The notes: generated by a model not told the origin, from the sequence alone. Shown: positions 18,325-28,922, numbered from the stretch's first letter. The stretch is 64,000 bases of DNA from Phycisphaerae bacterium (GCA_963666835.2 CAXXGO010000006.1:352001-416000), one strand, 5' to 3'. Translations and numbers: made by a program.

Positions 18325-20850
18325 TCAGTTTCCCGCCAAGGCAGATCGAAGGTCATCCAGAATCCGTCGCGCAGCGATCTTGTCTCCCAAGGAGGCGTTT
18401 GGATTCCTTCTCAGCCATTTCTCGAGAGCTCGGGCGTACTCCTGGCCCTTCCGAGTATGCCATCTTCCGCCCACCTGCTGCCCTGTTCGTGTTTCGTATC
18501 GGATGGCGTCCGCGGTACTTCCTGTGCCGATCGGACTACTGGTTTTCGCACCTTTGTACAAGTCATCCACAATGTTCCGGAGCTTGGGATTAGTTACGGT
18601 GGGTCGGTTGACCCCTTTCCCCGCACGCACCCGAGCGGAACTGAACCTGACTCTGGCTCCAGCCGAGCTCACTCGTGTCGAACGGACGTATCGGGCGAAC
18701 TTGCCTCCGATTACGGTACCGGCGGATGTTATCGCGTTCGTCTCGGGCGCACAAGCGGTGGCGTAGGTCATCGCCCAGTACGCGGCCAGCTTGCCGTAGA
18801 GGCTTACGCGGTCCCGGCCCTTGATGGCGTCCTCGTACGCCACGAGAAGCGTATCCAGCGCGGTCTCCCGGTTGTAGAGCACGTCGCCGATCGCGTCGCC
18901 GTAGTCATCGTCGCCCCAATCGATGCTCCAGTGCCACAGTTGGCTTTCATCAGCGGATATCAAGGCCTTGGTGGTATCGTCCTTGGTGGTCGCCCAAGCC
19001 AGCCGGGACCATGGGGAGCCCGCGGGCGGCGCGAGTGTCCACCTGTTGGTCGCCGGGGGCGTGACGCCTCCGACGCCTCCTGCTCCCGGGAGCCCGCTGA
19101 ACCAGCATCCCGTCGGGTCGGTGCCCATGTGCGGTGCGCTGAGGATGTATTCGTACAAGCTCGGCCCGTCGCCGTATTGGCCCATGCCGTCAACGCTGAC
19201 ACCGGGAGCGACGGGGTACCCGCCCCAAGTGTTGCCACCGGTCAACATCAGGCCGGTTTCGTACGGATCCCGTTGCAGCCAGCGGCCGAGGATGGGGTCG
19301 TAGTAGCGGCCGGGGGTGAAGTAGAGGCCGGTTTCGGGGTCGAACCAGAGGCCTTGGTGGCCTTTCGAGAGTGCCAGGAAGGCGGTGTTGGCGGGCTCGT
19401 TTTCGTATCCGGCGCCGGTGCCATCCTCGATGGCGAGGTAGCCGCCGTAAGGCTGGTACGCGTATTGCTGCTCGAGGTATCCCTCGTGATCGGTCACGCC
19501 TACGACGTTGTAGTTCGCATCCTGCAAGATGAAATGCGGGTTGGTTGGTGTATCATCACTGTCGTAATATGCCACGACCTCGTCAATGTAGTCGAGGCCG
19601 TAGACGTATTGGCGGTAGAGTGCCAGCGACGTGCCGTCGTGCTTGTGGTGCTCCAGCACGCGGTGGCCGTCGTAGTAGAAGTAGTCCGTAGGCGACTCGG
19701 CCGTGCCGAGCGTCTTGGCGATCCGCCGGCCGAGGGCGTCGTATTCGTATTGGCCGATGAGACTGCCCAGGTCCGAACCGGCCAGAGCGCCCGCGGCGTC
19801 GACGTGGTAGTCACCCTTCTCATGCACCTCGACCACCCGGTTCCACGCGTCGTATTTGTAGAACTTCTCGTCATCGAGCACGAGGTTCCCGGCCGCGTCG
19901 TAGTAGAAGTCGTCGTTTTCGACGGGTTCGCCGTTGGCCTCGGTCCGGAGGGTGTTGATCCGGTTGGCCTCGTCGGTGGTGTCGTGTCGTTTCTCGATCC
20001 ACGTGTCGGTGCCGAAGTCGTAGCCGGGATCGTTACCAGCCAGCGAACCGACCGTATAGCTGATGAAGCTGTCGTTGCTACTGCCTCCGGACCAGTTACC
20101 CAGAACGTCCAGATTCCACGCCTGCCCGGTGCCGCCATCGGCGATCTTGCCCTCCAGAGCGTGCTCTCCGCATTCGGCGAAGACGAGCCGGTTAAGATTG
20201 TCGTAGCCGTAGATGTACGAGCGTTGCCAGTTGTAGCCTGAGATGTCTCCGGCCTGGACGATGAACGCAGAGGTGCGGTTCCCGTTGGCGTCGTGCTCGT
20301 ACTCGTACATGTGGAGCGGGGCGCCGGGGTTGTTACCGCTCGTGAAGGTCATTGCTGCGACGCGGCCGAAGCGGTCGAGGGCGTTGGGGGTCGTGTAGTC
20401 GAGGGTGACGTCGTTTCCTCCCCAGACCTTCTTGACGTTTCGCCCGCCGCCGGTGGTGGTGTAGGCGATCAGGGGATTGTTCGTACCGCCGACCTCGGAC
20501 ATGCCGGTCATGCGGCCGATGGCATTGGTCCAGGTCTGGCCGTCGCGCGTGTAGTCGAAGCTGAATCCGCGGCCGGAGGGGTAGGTGATGTCGGTCAGGC
20601 GGTTCTGTTTGGGTTTCCCGGCGGACTCCTGATACCACTGCCAGCCGTAGGTGACCGTCTTGGCGAACAAAGGCGTCACATCCGGCCTCGGGTCGAGCGT
20701 CTCGCTGTTCAGATTAGCGAAGCCGTCGTAGGCGTAAGTGATCTCGCTGAACGCCTCGGCGGGCGTGCTCGCTGAATACGCCGTAGCGGTCGAGATCTGC
20801 CCACGCGGAGTATAGTCGAACGCCAACACCCCGACCGTGGTGTCGAGGGC
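18325..20850 (-). CDS. Orphan RHS cassette 4: RHS core plus helical toxin tip (GSTADAIRYE..GG..H..KG), no Hint
   Basis: YD repeats near-identical to the main gene; PHMGTDPTG core end; distinct ~95-aa tip. Confidence 0.8.
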   Translation of the reverse strand, partial: ALDTTVGVLAFDYTPRGQISTATAYSASTPAEAFSEITYAYDGFANLNSETLDPRPDVTPLFAKTVTYGWQWYQESAGKPKQNRLTDITYPSGRGFSFDYTRDGQTWTNAIGRMTGMSEVGGTNNPLIAYTTTGGGRNVKKVWGGNDVTLDYTTPNALDRFGRVAAMTFTSGNNPGAPLHMYEYEHDANGNRTSAFIVQAGDISGYNWQRSYIYGYDNLNRLVFAECGEHALEGKIADGGTGQAWNLDVLGNWSGGSSNDSFISYTVGSLAGNDPGYDFGTDTWIEKRHDTTDEANRINTLRTEANGEPVENDDFYYDAAGNLVLDDEKFYKYDAWNRVVEVHEKGDYHVDAAGALAGSDLGSLIGQYEYDALGRRIAKTLGTAESPTDYFYYDGHRVLEHHKHDGTSLALYRQYVYGLDYIDEVVAYYDSDDTPTNPHFILQDANYNVVGVTDHEGYLEQQYAYQPYGGYLAIEDGTGAGYENEPANTAFLALSKGHQGLWFDPETGLYFTPGRYYDPILGRWLQRDPYETGLMLTGGNTWGGYPVAPGVSVDGMGQYGDGPSLYEYILSAPHMGTDPTGCWFSGLPGAGGVGGVTPPATNRWTLAPPAGSPWSRLAWATTKDDTTKALISADESQLWHWSIDWGDDDYGDAIGDVLYNRETALDTLLVAYEDAIKGRDRVSLYGKLAAYWAMTYATACAPETNAITSAGTVIGGKFARYVRSTRVSSAGARVRFSSARVRAGKGVNRPTVTNPKLRNIVDDLYKGAKTSSPIGTGSTADAIRYETRTGQQVGGRWHTRKGQEYARALEKWLRRNPNASLGDKIAARRILDDLRSALAGN

Positions 20851-20925
20851 GTCGTTTGCGCGTGCCCGGACTCAAGTCCGAGGAGCCACTCCGGCGAAAT
20901 CGGTATGATGTGCCCCGAATTCAGA
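20846..20925 (-). repeat. Conserved inter-cassette element, copy C (diverged)
   Basis: Minus strand attcggggcacatcataccgatttcgccgg..ctcggacttgag aligns with attcgaggcacatcatatcaacYtcgcccg..ctcatcgggcttSag of the other copies; same junction. Confidence 0.7.
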
Positions 20926-20955
20926 ATGCCGAGTATGGCGACACACCCTTGCTTG

Positions 20956-21366
20956 CTAGTGGCGCAGCCTTCGCTCAAGGTTGTCGATGACACGGTTCCA
21001 TTCTGTTTCCGAATCAGATTCTTCCCACAGACTTTTCAGTTCTGACTCAGGGTCGGTTTGAACGCGTACAACGGCCCGGCGGGCAAGTGCAAGCAGGTTG
21101 GGGCTGGCTATGCTCGCTTGCCTCTTCAGCCAATGTCTGGCCTCTTCCGGCAAATCAGGGGGCGGAACGCCTTTCGCCGCCGCTACGACCTCTGCGGCAG
21201 CCAAGGCGACGCAGCAATCCGGCGCTTCGAGATACGCAGACGGAGACGCGTCGGCTATCACTGACAGACCCTGAAGAAGTAGGGCATCACCGTTCGACTC
21301 GTAGAGGTCACAAAGCCAATCGACCGCGTCATCGTTGCCAAAGCTACTAGTACTCCAAGCGCCCAC
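20956..21366 (-). CDS. DUF4259-family protein (probable immunity)
   Basis: MGAWSTSSFGNDDAVDWL...ALAAAEVVAA...SELKSLWEE pattern; start codon GTG. Confidence 0.8.
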   Translation of the reverse strand: MGAWSTSSFGNDDAVDWLCDLYESNGDALLLQGLSVIADASPSAYLEAPDCCVALAAAEVVAAAKGVPPPDLPEEARHWLKRQASIASPNLLALARRAVVRVQTDPESELKSLWEESDSETEWNRVIDNLERRLRH

Positions 21367-21380
21367 GACTGGGCCTCCCT

Positions 21381-21857
21381 TTATGCCGACAGCAGATCGG
21401 TCAGCGCCATCTCAATCGCACCGTATCCCCAAACACCGTCTTTGGGGAATCGGCTGGCTTCCTTGGCGTCACACACGGATTCGCGCAATGCGCGATTGGG
21501 ATCATCGTCCGCGTAGGATGTAAGATACGCCTTGCCACTGTCGGTCGATGCCGTTCTGGCGAACACCGGCATCGGCCACGCATCACGATCCCAGCGCTCG
21601 GAACGGCCAACAACCGACCATTCTTTGTTGTAGAGCCCAAGGTCGCCAAACCTCGCAACAAGAACAGCATCTTTCTTCGTCAGTTTCGTGACATCTTCGG
21701 CACCAGGTAGCTCTGCGCGTTTGGGACCGAAGAAATACCCCAGAAGGACTCTGCCTCCCTGCGGACAGCGCGCTACCAAGCCAACCGCGTAAGTACCATC
21801 CTCCAGCGGAACCGAGAACCAATCGCCCTCGCCATATGCCAGTTTCTTGCGTCCCAT
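21381..21857 (-). CDS. Immunity protein, Imm26 family
   Basis: EGDWFSVPLEDG.YAVG.V.R...LGYFFGP...FGDLGL...W.VVG pattern; ATG one base after the toxin stop. Confidence 0.8.
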   Translation of the reverse strand: MGRKKLAYGEGDWFSVPLEDGTYAVGLVARCPQGGRVLLGYFFGPKRAELPGAEDVTKLTKKDAVLVARFGDLGLYNKEWSVVGRSERWDRDAWPMPVFARTASTDSGKAYLTSYADDDPNRALRESVCDAKEASRFPKDGVWGYGAIEMALTDLLSA

Positions 21858-21858
21858 T

Positions 21859-24464
21859 CTAAGGCTCCAGTTTTCTCGCGGCGTCGAGGTACTCTCGCAT
21901 GTTGGGATGATTACGCCTGATCGGCCTAATCTTGTTCATAGGTGGGTCGTACAAATCGTGGATAATCTGCTCGCGGCCACGCTGCGCAGCATGGTTGTCG
22001 GTGTACATATCAACCTCAAAACGAAGGTGTTTCGTGTCGGCATGCCGAGCATGCTCGGCTTGGCGGCGCGCCAAATCGCAGGTGCGCCCCGTTCGCATCA
22101 CCTTGCCCGTCCGAGGATCGACGAGCTTGTAGGTGCCTCCCTTCGTAACCTTGCCTGCTCCCCGTCCGGCACGTATTTGAGCAGAAGTATACCTGACTTT
22201 GGCCCCTCTTGAGCCAACTCGTGTCGAACGGGCGTATCGGGCGAACTTGCCTCCGATTACGGTACCGGCGGATATTATCGCATTTGTCTCGGGCGCACAA
22301 GTGGTGGCGTAGGTCATCGCCCAGTACGCGGCCAGCTTGCCGTAGAGGCTTACGCGGTCCCGGCCCTTGATGGCGTCCTCGTACGCCACGAGAAGCGTAT
22401 CCAGCGCGGTCTCCCGGTTGTAGAGCACGTCGCCGATCGCGTCGCCGTAGTCATCGTCGCCCCAATCGATGCTCCAGTGCCACAGTTGGCTTTCATCAGC
22501 GGATATCAAGGCCTTGGTGGTATCGTCCTTGGTGGTCGCCCAAGCCAGCCGGGACCATGGGGAACCCGCGGGCGGCGCGAGTGTCCACTCGTCTTCCTCC
22601 GCCGGCGCGACGCTTCCGACGCCCCCCACTCCCGGGAGCCCGCTGAACCAGTATCCCGTCGGGTCGGTGCCCATGTGCGGTGCGCTGAGGATGTATTCGT
22701 ACAAGCTCGGCCCGTCGCCGTATTGGCCCATGCCGTCAACGCTGACACCGGGAGCGACGGGGTACCCGCCCCAAGTGTTGCCACCGGTCAACATCAGGCC
22801 GGTTTCGTACGGATCCCGTTGTAGCCAGCGGCCGAGGATGGGGTCGTAGTAGCGGCCGGGGGTGAAGTAGAGGCCGGTTTCGGGGTCGAACCAGAGGCCT
22901 TGGTGGCCTTTTGAGAGTGCCAGGAAGGCGGTGTTGGCGGGTTCTTCTTCGTACCCAGCGCCGGTGCCGTCCTCGATGGCGAGGTAGCCGCCGTGAGGCA
23001 GGTACGCGTACTGCTGCTCAAGTGCGCCGTCCGAATCCGTCGTGGCCACTACGTTGTAGTTTACATCCTGCAGAATGAAATGCGGGTCGGTTGGTGTCTC
23101 ATCACTGTCGTAATATGCCACGACCTCGTCAATGTAGTCGAGGCCGTAGACGTATTGGCGGTGTAGTGCCAGGTTGGTACCGTTGTGCTTGTGATGCTCC
23201 AGCACGCGGTGGCCGTCGTAGTAGAAGTAGTCGGTAGGCGACGCGGCCGTGCCGAGCGTCTTGGCGATCCGCCGGCCGATAGCGTCGTATTCGTATTGGG
23301 CGATGAGATCGCCGGGGTCGCCGTCGAGGGTGCCGTCCGGCTGAACGGCCAGCGTGTTCTTCTCGTTGACCTCGACCACCCGGTTCCATGCGTCGTATTT
23401 GTAGAACTTCTCGTCATCGAGCACGAGGTTCCCGGCCCGGTCGTAGTAGAAGTCGTCGCTATCGACGGACCCGCCGTTGGCCTCGGTCCGGAGGGTGTTG
23501 ATCCGGTTGGCCTCGTCGGTGGTGTCGTGTCGCTTTTCAGTCCAGGCGTCTTTGGTGGAGTCGTATCCGGGGTTGTTACCAGCCAGCGAACCGACCGTAT
23601 AGCTGATGAAGCTGTCGTCGCTGCTGCCACCCGACCAGTTGCCCAGAACGTCCAGGTTCCACGCCTGCCCCTTGCCGTTGGGGAGGATGGCGTTGTTGAG
23701 GCTGTTCAATATGCCCCGTTCGGCGTAGACCAGCCGGTTCAAGTTGTCGTAACCATACAGGAACGACCGGTTGTTTGGGTGCCCGGCCTGGGTGATTCGG
23801 GCGTACGTTCGGTTGCCGTTGGCGTCGTAGCCGTAACCGTATTTGTGGATGGTCGATGCGTCGGCCTTCTGAAAGTCCATGCTGGTGACGCGCCCGAAGC
23901 GGTCGAACCCAGCCGGCCTCTCGGGGTTGGTAGACGGCGTGTAGTCGAGGGTGACGTCGCTGCCTCCCCAGACCTTCTTGACGTTTCGCCCGCCGCCGGT
24001 GGTGGTGTAGGCGATCAGGGGGTTGTTCGTACCGCCGACCTCGGACATACCGGTCATGCGGCCGATGGCGTCGGTCCAGGTCTGGCCGTCGCGCGTGTAG
24101 TCGAAGCTGAATCCGCGGCCGGAGGGATAGGTGATGCCGGTCAGGCGGTTCTGTTTGGGTTTCCCGGCGGACTGCTGATACCACTGCCAGCCGTAGGTGA
24201 CGGTCTTGGCGAACAAAGGCGTCACATCCGGCCTCGGGTCGAGCGTCTCGTCGGTCAGATTAGCAAAGCCGTCGTAGCCGTAAGTGATCTCGCTGAGCGC
24301 CTCGCCGGGCGTGCTTGCCGAATACGCCGTAGCGGTCGAGATCTGCCCACGCGGAGTGTAGTCGAACGCCAACACCCCGACCGTGGTGTCGAGAGTCTCG
24401 TCCAATGGGGACGGGAGCGGGGGCGGATAGGTGATGTTGACCTCGGTAAGCTGATCGAACGGTG
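21859..24464 (-). CDS. Orphan RHS cassette 3: RHS core plus GIY-YIG/URI-fold nuclease tip, no Hint
   Basis: Similarity to the main gene from PFDQLTEVNITYPPP. PHMGTDPTG core end. Tip GGTYKLVD..VMRTGRTCDLARRQAEH..RGREQ..NKIR. Confidence 0.8.
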
Positions 24465-24522
24465 CCGCGGGTTCGCCGTCAGCTGAATCGATACCGTACC
24501 AGCCGAGCCCGTCTGTTTCGCG

Positions 24523-24843
24523 CTACTCCTTGCGCCCGTAGACTATCCGTCCTGGTATGTCCATCTCATGAAATGAGCGGGTGTCCGACATTACATCCAC
24601 GCGCACGTCGACGAGAGTATCTTGAAGAGCCTCGAACTCGAATGTTATATCGTCGATCTCCTCACGGTCATCACGGTCGTCTCGCTCAAGGACGAAACGA
24701 AGACAAACCTCACGAGGTCCGGTGAGTTCCAGCGTTATAAGACGGAAGTTTGGCGAAATAGCCCCCACGAGGGCCTGTATCAAGTTCAGAACCTGAGAGT
24801 TCTCCTCGTAAAGACCCATCATCTTCTCCTCTAGGGTTGCCAT
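24523..24843 (-). CDS. Putative immunity protein for cassette 2
   Basis: Acidic 106-aa ORF overlapping the toxin 3' end; QALVGAISPNFR...DREEIDDI. Confidence 0.8.
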   Translation of the reverse strand: MATLEEKMMGLYEENSQVLNLIQALVGAISPNFRLITLELTGPREVCLRFVLERDDRDDREEIDDITFEFEALQDTLVDVRVDVMSDTRSFHEMDIPGRIVYGRKE

Positions 24844-27800
24844 GCAGGGGACGTCGGAACGACGCTGGGGTGGGCAGTCCCCTTGATCAGAAACACGTTG
24901 GTCGGCTGGTCAACGAAACCCGCTGCAGGGTTGTGGTTGAAGCCTGTGACCCCATCATACATAACGACGACGTGCCCGTTCTTGGTGGTTCCCAAAACGC
25001 GTGCGCTTCCACTGTGCGCCGCATCCAGGACAGTCTGAGCGTCCTCTACGCTCCTCATATAGCTGGGCTTTCCGCGAGCTGCCCATTCGGAACGACCCGC
25101 AACATGCCTTAGCTGTTTCTGGCTTACTTTACGCGAAATACGCAGCAGTTGGGCTGTTGCCATTTCTGCGGCTTGGCCGCACGGATTCGTATTGTGGCTC
25201 AATACGTCGACGTGGCCGACGTAGTAGCAGTGATCGGTTTGGATGTCAAGGTTGTGAACTCGATGCACGCCCGGGTACTTGCGGACCGAACGGATCGTGA
25301 CGGTTCCGCCGATCGTCTTGAGCTTCTCGCCGATCTTCAGATCACCGGTCTGTACCCATGAGTCGCGATCGACCGAGAACAGGCGGTGTCGCCTGGTCGG
25401 ATACAGCGGCTCATCCTGACCGTCAAATCGAAGCTCGTATACATAGCTGTTCAGGTGAGAGACGGTGCCTAACACGACGCGTCCCGGTGCGGATTCGATC
25501 TGTGGACACTCGGATACTGACACGACCGTGGCCGGACCTTTCAGGCCCATTTCCGGTAATCCAAACAGGATTGTTGCACCTTCCGCTGCGCGCACCGACT
25601 CAAGCCAAGCGAGCGGACGCAATACTTCGATGTCAAGGATGTCCCCATCTGATTCCGGATTCGCCATCTTGAGTGTAACGTGCCGCCAGATGTCCCGACT
25701 TGGCTCGGGCTCGGAAGCCCGGTTGCCGTCGGTTGTGAGAACTCGATCACCCACCCGAAGTGACTCGATGACCCTGGGGCCCTCCGGCGTGGCCACAAGC
25801 GTGCCCGCCAGGAAGCATATTCCCTTTCCGACGACCTTCGCCAATTGCCGTCCTTTACCGGTCTTAATGCCCTTACGGACGTACTTGAGCGCGGAACTCA
25901 CAAGCTTGCCAAACGGGACAGCCGTCAGCAAGGCGGTTCCCACGAGGTTTGCCCCGTCTGAAAAGCCCCAGTCGCCCGGGCTCTTTCGGAGTGTCTGATA
26001 CGTGTCCATCGCGTCGATCACTATACCGGCTGGCGTAAACGACAGCGCCATGAGCGCGAAGCCCTTGACAACGCCGATTCCGATGTTGAGGGTCTGCGTG
26101 GCGTACGCGTAGGCGGCGAAATTGTCGGCCGGCATTTGCTGGGCTAGTTCCCAGGCCTCAGGGCCCTCGTACGCGGCGTTGCCGTAGGTGAAAAGCCCCG
26201 TAGGATCGTGGCGATTCACGGGGTTGCTGCCGAGGTACTGGTATAGGTTCAGCCCGTCCATGTACTGCCCACCTGCCGACATTACGGCACTGGCGAAAGC
26301 GTTCTGTGCGTTCGTCAGCATGACGTCGACGAGCACGAGCGAGGTTTCGTTCGGGTCCTCCTGCATGTATCGCCCGAGCTTCGGTTTGAGGATACGGGTG
26401 CGGTTGTTGATCCCGTCGATCTCGGGCATGTGGTCGAGGCCTTGGTGGCCTTTGGTGGTGGCGATCAGACTGGGCGTGCCGAGGATGTCGGTGATCGTGC
26501 CGTCGGATTCGATCCGCTCGGCCGCGAGGCGTTCACCGTAGGGTTTGTAGTTGTATTGCTGCTCGAGGTGTCCGTCGTGATCGGTCGTGGCCACGACGTT
26601 GTAGTTCGCATCTTGCAGGATGAAATGCGGATCGGTTGGTGTCTCGTCGCTGTCGTAATATGCCACGACCTCGTCAATGTAGTCGAGGCCGTAGACGTAT
26701 TGGCGATGGAGTGCCAGCGACGTGCCGTTGTGCTTGTGATGCTCCAGCAGGCGGTGGCCGTCGTAGTAGAAGTAGTCCCCGTCGCCGGTGGTGTTAAGAT
26801 TGCCCGACCCGGACACGGTCTTGTGGATCATCCGCCCGAGGACGTCGTAGTCGTACGTGGCGATGAGATCGCCCGGGTCCGTACCGGCCAGATCGCCCGC
26901 GGCGTCGACGTGGTAGTCACCCTTGTCATGCACTTCGACGACCCGGTTCCATGCGTCGTATTTGTAGAACTTCTGGTCATCGAGCACGAGGTTCCCGGCC
27001 GCGTCGTAATAGAAGTCGCTGTGAACGGGTGCGTCGCTTCCGTCCCCGTCGGCGTCGACGGCCAGCTCGACAATCCGGTTGGCTTCGTCGGTGGCGTGGT
27101 GAATGAAAGCGTCTGGGTCGTCAATATCCTCGGTAAACCCGCTGGGGCTGCTATCGTCAATTGTGTAATCAATCACACTCTTGTGGTTCGCGGCGCCCCC
27201 GGACCAGTTACCCAACACGTCCAGATTCCACGCCCGGCCGGTGCCGCCATCGGCGATCTTGCCCTCCAGAGCGTGCTCTCCGCATTCGGCGAAGACGAGC
27301 CGGTTAAGATTGTCGTAGCCGTAGATGTACGAGCGTTGCCAGTTGTAGCCTGAGATGTCTCCGGCCTGGAGGATGAACGCAGAGGTGCGGTTGCCGTTGG
27401 CGTCGTGCTCGTACTCGTACATGTGGAGCGGGACGCCGGGGTTGTTACTGCTCGTGAAGGTCATTGCTGCGACGCGGCCGAAGCGGTCGAGGGCGTTGGG
27501 GGTCGTGTAGTCGAGGATGACGTCGTTGTCGTCTCCCCAGACCTTCTTGACGTTTCGCCCGCCGCCGGTGGTGGTGTAGGCGATCAGGGGGTTGTTCGTA
27601 CCGCCGACCTCCGACATGCCGGTCATGCGGCCGATGGCGTTGGTCCAGGTCTGGCCGTCGCGTGTGTAGTCGAAGCTGAATCCGCGGCCGGAGGGGTAGG
27701 TGATGTCGGTCAGGCGGTTCTGTTTGGGTTTCCCGGCGGACTCCTGATACCACTGCCAGCCGTAGGTGACCGTCTTGGCGAACAAAGGCGTCACATCCGG

Positions 27801-27965
27801 CCTCGGGTCGAGCGTCTCGTCGGTCAGATTAGCGAAGCCGTCGTAGCCGTAAGTGATCTCGCTGAGCGCCTCGCCGGGCGTGCTCGCCGAATACGCCGTA
27901 GCGGTCGAGATCTGCCCACGCGGAGTGTAGTCGAACGTTAGCACCCCGACGGTGGTGTCGAGGGC
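24831..27965 (-). CDS. Orphan RHS cassette 2: RHS core, Hint and Ntox50-like (predicted RNase) tip
   Basis: NPVNRHDPTGL core end. Hint at 25817-25191 (CFLAGT..SHN). Tip SQKQLRHV..PSY..SVVP. In-frame TAA immediately upstream. Confidence 0.82.
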   Translation of the reverse strand, partial: ALDTTVGVLTFDYTPRGQISTATAYSASTPGEALSEITYGYDGFANLTDETLDPRPDVTPLFAKTVTYGWQWYQESAGKPKQNRLTDITYPSGRGFSFDYTRDGQTWTNAIGRMTGMSEVGGTNNPLIAYTTTGGGRNVKKVWGDDNDVILDYTTPNALDRFGRVAAMTFTSSNNPGVPLHMYEYEHDANGNRTSAFILQAGDISGYNWQRSYIYGYDNLNRLVFAECGEHALEGKIADGGTGRAWNLDVLGNWSGGAANHKSVIDYTIDDSSPSGFTEDIDDPDAFIHHATDEANRIVELAVDADGDGSDAPVHSDFYYDAAGNLVLDDQKFYKYDAWNRVVEVHDKGDYHVDAAGDLAGTDPGDLIATYDYDVLGRMIHKTVSGSGNLNTTGDGDYFYYDGHRLLEHHKHNGTSLALHRQYVYGLDYIDEVVAYYDSDETPTDPHFILQDANYNVVATTDHDGHLEQQYNYKPYGERLAAERIESDGTITDILGTPSLIATTKGHQGLDHMPEIDGINNRTRILKPKLGRYMQEDPNETSLVLVDVMLTNAQNAFASAVMSAGGQYMDGLNLYQYLGSNPVNRHDPTGLFTYGNAAYEGPEAWELAQQMPADNFAAYAYATQTLNIGIGVVKGFALMALSFTPAGIVIDAMDTYQTLRKSPGDWGFSDGANLVGTALLTAVPFGKLVSSALKYVRKGIKTGKGRQLAKVVGKGICFLAGTLVATPEGPRVIESLRVGDRVLTTDGNRASEPEPSRDIWRHVTLKMANPESDGDILDIEVLRPLAWLESVRAAEGATILFGLPEMGLKGPATVVSVSECPQIESAPGRVVLGTVSHLNSYVYELRFDGQDEPLYPTRRHRLFSVDRDSWVQTGDLKIGEKLKTIGGTVTIRSVRKYPGVHRVHNLDIQTDHCYYVGHVDVLSHNTNPCGQAAEMATAQLLRISRKVSQKQLRHVAGRSEWAARGKPSYMRSVEDAQTVLDAAHSGSARVLGTTKNGHVVVMYDGVTGFNHNPAAGFVDQPTNVFLIKGTAHPSVVPTSPAWQP

Positions 27966-28095
27966 TTACGCCGTTGGGAGCGAGACCTGAAGCCCGATGA
28001 GCAACACGGGCGAAGTCGATACGTTGTGCCTCGAATGTGACGCTAGCCGGCCCAGCTCCTGTCGAACGGAAGAAGCAGAGAATCAGTGATGTCTC
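27961..28095 (-). repeat. Conserved inter-cassette element, copy D
   Basis: Matches copy A over both segments, including cggaagaagcRgagaatcag; copy A has ~45 extra bp. Confidence 0.9.
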
Positions 28096-28199
28096 CTCTT
28101 CCCCCTCCTTTTCCCTCTCGTTTCCCCCCTTTCTTCCTCAATTGCGGAGAAGCGGCACAGTGCTTGTCGACTTCAGGCTCGGTCTCGGCTCGAAACCAC

Positions 28200-28910
28200 C
28201 TATGTCGGAATGCCGAGCGTCTGCCCCACCTGCTCCACTGTGGTTCTGTGGGCAATATCACTAGGTTGTGGCGCCTCGTCCTTGAGGATCACGAGTAGGC
28301 CACCGTCGTTGGTCTCTTCTGTAGCTACGGCCTCCGGTAGCGAGCCGATGCAGTGAGGCGGATCTTGGAGATACAACAGCCAGTCCACATACGGTGTGAA
28401 AGCAGTGCAGGTGCGACGGGAGGAAACCGTGCGCACTGAGAACACGCCTGCCCACTCGGGTTCCCACGCCCGCACGACAGCGAGCAGCGGAGCTTTGACG
28501 TTACTGGAATAGGCAAACACACCAAGATCACTTGGGAGATCGAGATTAGCGGTATTGCAAAGACCAGGTGTCGCTGTGTATAATCCGCAGCAGACGCTCA
28601 GACCGACCTCGGTTGCCGACGGGCGACCATTCCACAATCCAACATGGAATCCAAGGTCAGGAATTACCTCTCTGGTGGAATCCGTCCGACTAGCGCCTTC
28701 CCGGACGAGGTCCAGCAAGATATCAGCCCGCCGCCAGTCCACTTGTTTATCGAGCGCAGCCGCCCGCGAGCCTCCCTTTCTGTACCACGCGGCGAACACA
28801 TCGCCGCATCCCGATAGGTCTGCCAAGAACCGCGCAAGTCGAGCGGCGCAAGCCGCTGCCGGCTCCTCACGAGACCGCCAATAACCCCCGACAGTGTAGC
28901 GTGCGGTCAT
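28200..28910 (-). CDS. Immunity protein, Imm52 family
   Basis: YW.SREE..CAARLARFL..LGF.VGLWNG..W.PEW pattern; AGGAGG RBS right after a Tox-REase-5 tip, the established partner of Imm52. Confidence 0.85.
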   Translation of the reverse strand: MTARYTVGGYWRSREEPAAACAARLARFLADLSGCGDVFAAWYRKGGSRAAALDKQVDWRRADILLDLVREGASRTDSTREVIPDLGFHVGLWNGRPSATEVGLSVCCGLYTATPGLCNTANLDLPSDLGVFAYSSNVKAPLLAVVRAWEPEWAGVFSVRTVSSRRTCTAFTPYVDWLLYLQDPPHCIGSLPEAVATEETNDGGLLVILKDEAPQPSDIAHRTTVEQVGQTLGIPT

Positions 28911-28922
28911 TCTGAGGACCTC

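Noticed and set aside
18325..18620. Firm Ntox28 (CdiA-CT EC536) assignment
   Set aside because: Only a vague resemblance in residue spacing; there is no C-terminal GYGI and the immunity protein does not look like that CdiI.
24405..24843. Read-through fusion of the cassette 2 immunity gene into cassette 3
   Set aside because: They are in frame and separated by a single TAG, but this has about a one-in-three chance and is not repeated at other junctions.
11436..28095. Integron attC sites between cassettes
   Set aside because: No RYYYAAC...GTTRRRY pair in the right order, no long bottom-strand hairpin, and no IntI in the window.
28093..28140. Polypyrimidine tract as a functional element
   Set aside because: Single occurrence and absent from the other inter-cassette copies; no supporting evidence.
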